Positions 61,412 through 64,000 of a DNA stretch of 64,000 nt are shown here, in pieces. The notes under the pieces are model-generated. The model ran no database searches, was not told the origin of the DNA, and worked only from the letters and a program-made list of their open reading frames with translations. This stretch comes from Callorhinchus milii (Eukaryota). Where the stretch lies: assembly GCF_018977255.1 (NCBI RefSeq), contig NW_024704743.1, positions 36,458,001 to 36,522,000 on the forward strand, in the 5' to 3' direction. How positions within the stretch are numbered: the first letter of the stretch is position 1; each line of letters opens with the position of its first letter. Made by a program: the position numbers and the translations under genes.

Positions 61412-62274
61412 TGTTAAATTCAATAAATGGGAGTACTTCAACATTTAACCATTTGTGCGACTGAAGACGGCCTCAACAGGATTTGGAACAGCAGACAAAT
61501 TAAAACACTGATTTATTTTGAGCATATCATAGAGGGCCTTCACTGCTGTTGAATTCTATGGTTGGGTTTCATTTCTCCTACCAAGACACAGTCACTCCAC
61601 TCCACGGTAAATCCTTTGAAGTGCTTTGAGACGTCCTCCTGACATGAAAGGCGCTATATCAAATGCAAGCATTATATATATTTAAAATGTATTTCTGAAT
61701 CAAGTCCGTCCAACTGGGAAGTTTTATTCTTCTAGTGTAATGTTAAACATGAATACAGAACAAGACTCGGATTTAAACTTGGAAAGCTCATACTGTTTAA
61801 AAACTGGGGCATAAACATGTGGTGCAATCAAATCACTTGAAAATTTGTGAGATCCCAAGGAAGTAATGTCAATTTCTAGCATTCTTTGTGGATAATTACA
61901 TAACGAGCCGATAAATTTTGGCAACAAAAATACAACTGTGAGTGAGATTTACATATGTTGCCTTGGAGAGAAAACAACTGATCATGGCACCGATTTATTA
62001 AACTGTGCCACAGGCAATACCTCTGAAAGATCAAGTGAAAAATAAAAATTGAGCAAACGGGAAGGGAAATTAATAAAAACAAATCCTCTGCATGAAATAA
62101 TCAAGGCCTTGTTTCATTGTATTCAGATTACATACAAGACTGCATCTGTAACATTTCACTATTTGCTTTTACAGTAATCATTTCTCATAAAACTTCAAGG
62201 ACACAAAGGCAGTAAACATGCAAAACTATAGTGTGAAATTAGACCTTGTTTTAAGTAATACTTAAAGCAGGTGA

Positions 62275-62600
62275 CATCCAGTCCATGCTGCCAGTCGAAT
62301 GCCCTTGGGGTGCCGTCCTTCAGGTGAGACATTAAACCAAAGTCCAGTCTGTCTTTTGGATGGACGCTAAAGATCCAAGGTAATACTGGAAAAGAGAAAG
62401 GAGTTTCTCCCAGTGTCCTGACTAACAATCTCCCAAATATTGGTCATTTACTTCATAGCTGTTGGGAGGCATTGTTGTATACAAATTGACTGAAGTGTTC
62501 ACCTATGAAGTACAACCACTACATTGCATCTGGCAAAGCGCTCTGAGATGTCCTCCTAATGTGAAAGATCTATATCAAATACAAGGATTATTACTTTTAT
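62275..62600 (+). mobile_element. Older full-Deu-domain SINE
   Basis: GGTGCCGTCCTTCAGGTGAGACATTAAACC...GGAGTTTCTCCCAGTGTCCTG and the tail. Confidence 0.8.
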
Positions 62601-62734
62601 CATTCGGTGACATTACCCCTCTGCAGGTCAGTGGTCTCTTACCTTTCTTCTAGTTTTCTCAACCACCACCTTTTTTGAAGTGAGCATTTACTGAAATGTA
62701 ATTTCCAGCCCGTTGAGGAAATTACCTTCTTAGA

Positions 62735-63100
62735 ATACATTAGCATATATTAGAATATACAGCACAGAAACAGGCCATTCAGCCCAACTGGTCTCTGCAG
62801 GTGTTTATGCTCCACATGAGCCTCCTCCTGCCCTTCCTCAGTTATGCCTTCAAGCACAACCTTCTATTTCTTTTTCCCTCATGTACCTATCAAGCTTTCC
62901 CTTAAATACATCTATACTATTTGCCTCAACAACTCCGTGTGGTAGCATGTTCACATTCCCACTACTCTCTGTGTGAAGAAATTTCTTCTAACTTCCCTAT
63001 TTGATCTATTTGTGACTATTTTATATTGATGGCCCCTGGTTTTCATCTCCCCCACAAGTGTTGTCTGATATTTGTTATCTGGGTTCAATCTGCTGAAGAT
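62735..63100 (-). mobile_element. CR1 3' end (the same tail occurs at 35341-35475 inside the Penelope element; eroded tails near 25060-25260, 37040-37150, 46310-46500, 50675-50800, 58875-59055)
   Basis: MKTRGHQYKIVTNRSNREVRRNFFTQRVVGM; ATTAGAATAC terminal repeats followed by CAGCACAGAAACAGGCCAT. Confidence 0.85.
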
Positions 63101-63537
63101 GTGCACACACACTCCCCCCTTTCCAGAATTAACATTTTCATCAATTATCAACCCTAGAGTTGCCCTTTAATGTTTTACAGATTTTATCAGACAGGGGACA
63201 CGCACAGGCTTGAAATACTTTCATGCACAAAATCTATTAACCTTAAAGCTGCAATACACCCCTCTTGACTCCAGCCCCCAGCTCACTGTTCAGAACCTTG
63301 GTCTTCCTGACACAAAAGGCATATATAAATGCAATTTCTTCTTGTTACACTTGGAGCCACGCTTATCTAGAGCCTTTACAATTGAAGTTCCATTCGCCAT
63401 CATACACATAGCATTGAGCAGAAACAGATACAATGCATTCCTATCATATTCTCAGTTGCTGAGTAACTCTTCAGCAACTGGTTTCTCCCTATGTATTCCT
63501 GGGAAGTACAGGAATTCAAATAGTTCACAGTACTTCT

Positions 63538-63822
63538 ATAATAATAATAATCCTTGCATTTGATATAGTGCTTTTCATGTCTTCTAGACGTCTCACAGAA
63601 TATACTGTAAAGTGAATTGACTGCATATTTGTGGGCGAAACGAGGCAGCCAATTGCGCACAGCAGTGTCCCACAAACAGTCATGAGGTGACCAATTTTAT
63701 TATCTTTTTTCTTGAGGGATTATTATCAGACATGTGGAGTAAGGAAAGCTTTTGCGCTACCGAGAATCAAACCCAGGTCTCTCATGTGTGAGGGGAATGC
63801 TCTAACCACTGAGCTACAGGAC
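63538..63822 (-). mobile_element. tRNA-derived SINE, short variant, more diverged
   Basis: Head ...CTCTAACCACTGAGCTACAGGACTC, core and tail are all present. Confidence 0.87.
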
Positions 63823-64000
63823 TCTTTCTCAGTCACATCAAAAACATAGAATACCATACCTAAACTCCTATAAGGTTTATTGCCCAGCACCAACACCTTG
63901 TAACATACTAACTCTCAAGCATATTTAAGGTAGAGAAGCATCGACTGTTCTGAATGGACTGATATACATCCAATCAAGGGTCGAAGGCTCCTCTTTATCT

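Overview
Eukaryotic, AT-rich, repeat-dense vertebrate DNA. The repeat set (Deu-domain tRNA-SINEs, L2, CR1, Penelope-like) points to a cartilaginous fish, possibly a holocephalan; this is inference. The window covers the 5' part of TRAK1 (trafficking kinesin-binding protein 1, Milton/HAP1_N family) on the minus strand. It holds the conserved 195-bp exon (34467-34661), an upstream 299-bp coding exon (45947-46245), and two alternative start exons (ATG-A at 38891-38894; MQRFVEQDYYELDWYYEECSD at 23973-24036). I did not find the next exon (LCAERVGQMTKT...), so the gene probably continues below position 1. The rest is intron filled with L2 3' fragments, young and old tRNA-derived SINEs sharing the L2 tail, CR1 fragments, one Penelope-like element and an LF-SINE-like repeat. 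The most notable signals are: (i) 75-125 nt hammerhead-ribozyme-bearing Penelope terminal modules inserted alone with their own target-site duplications; (ii) an LF-SINE-like family, one copy with a perfect sense-strand splice donor; (iii) an inverted SINE pair sharing private mutations; (iv) multi-promoter N-terminal diversity of TRAK1. No prokaryotic systems, CRISPR arrays or true tRNA/rRNA genes are supported. Family names come from recall, not database searches, and repeat boundaries are approximate.
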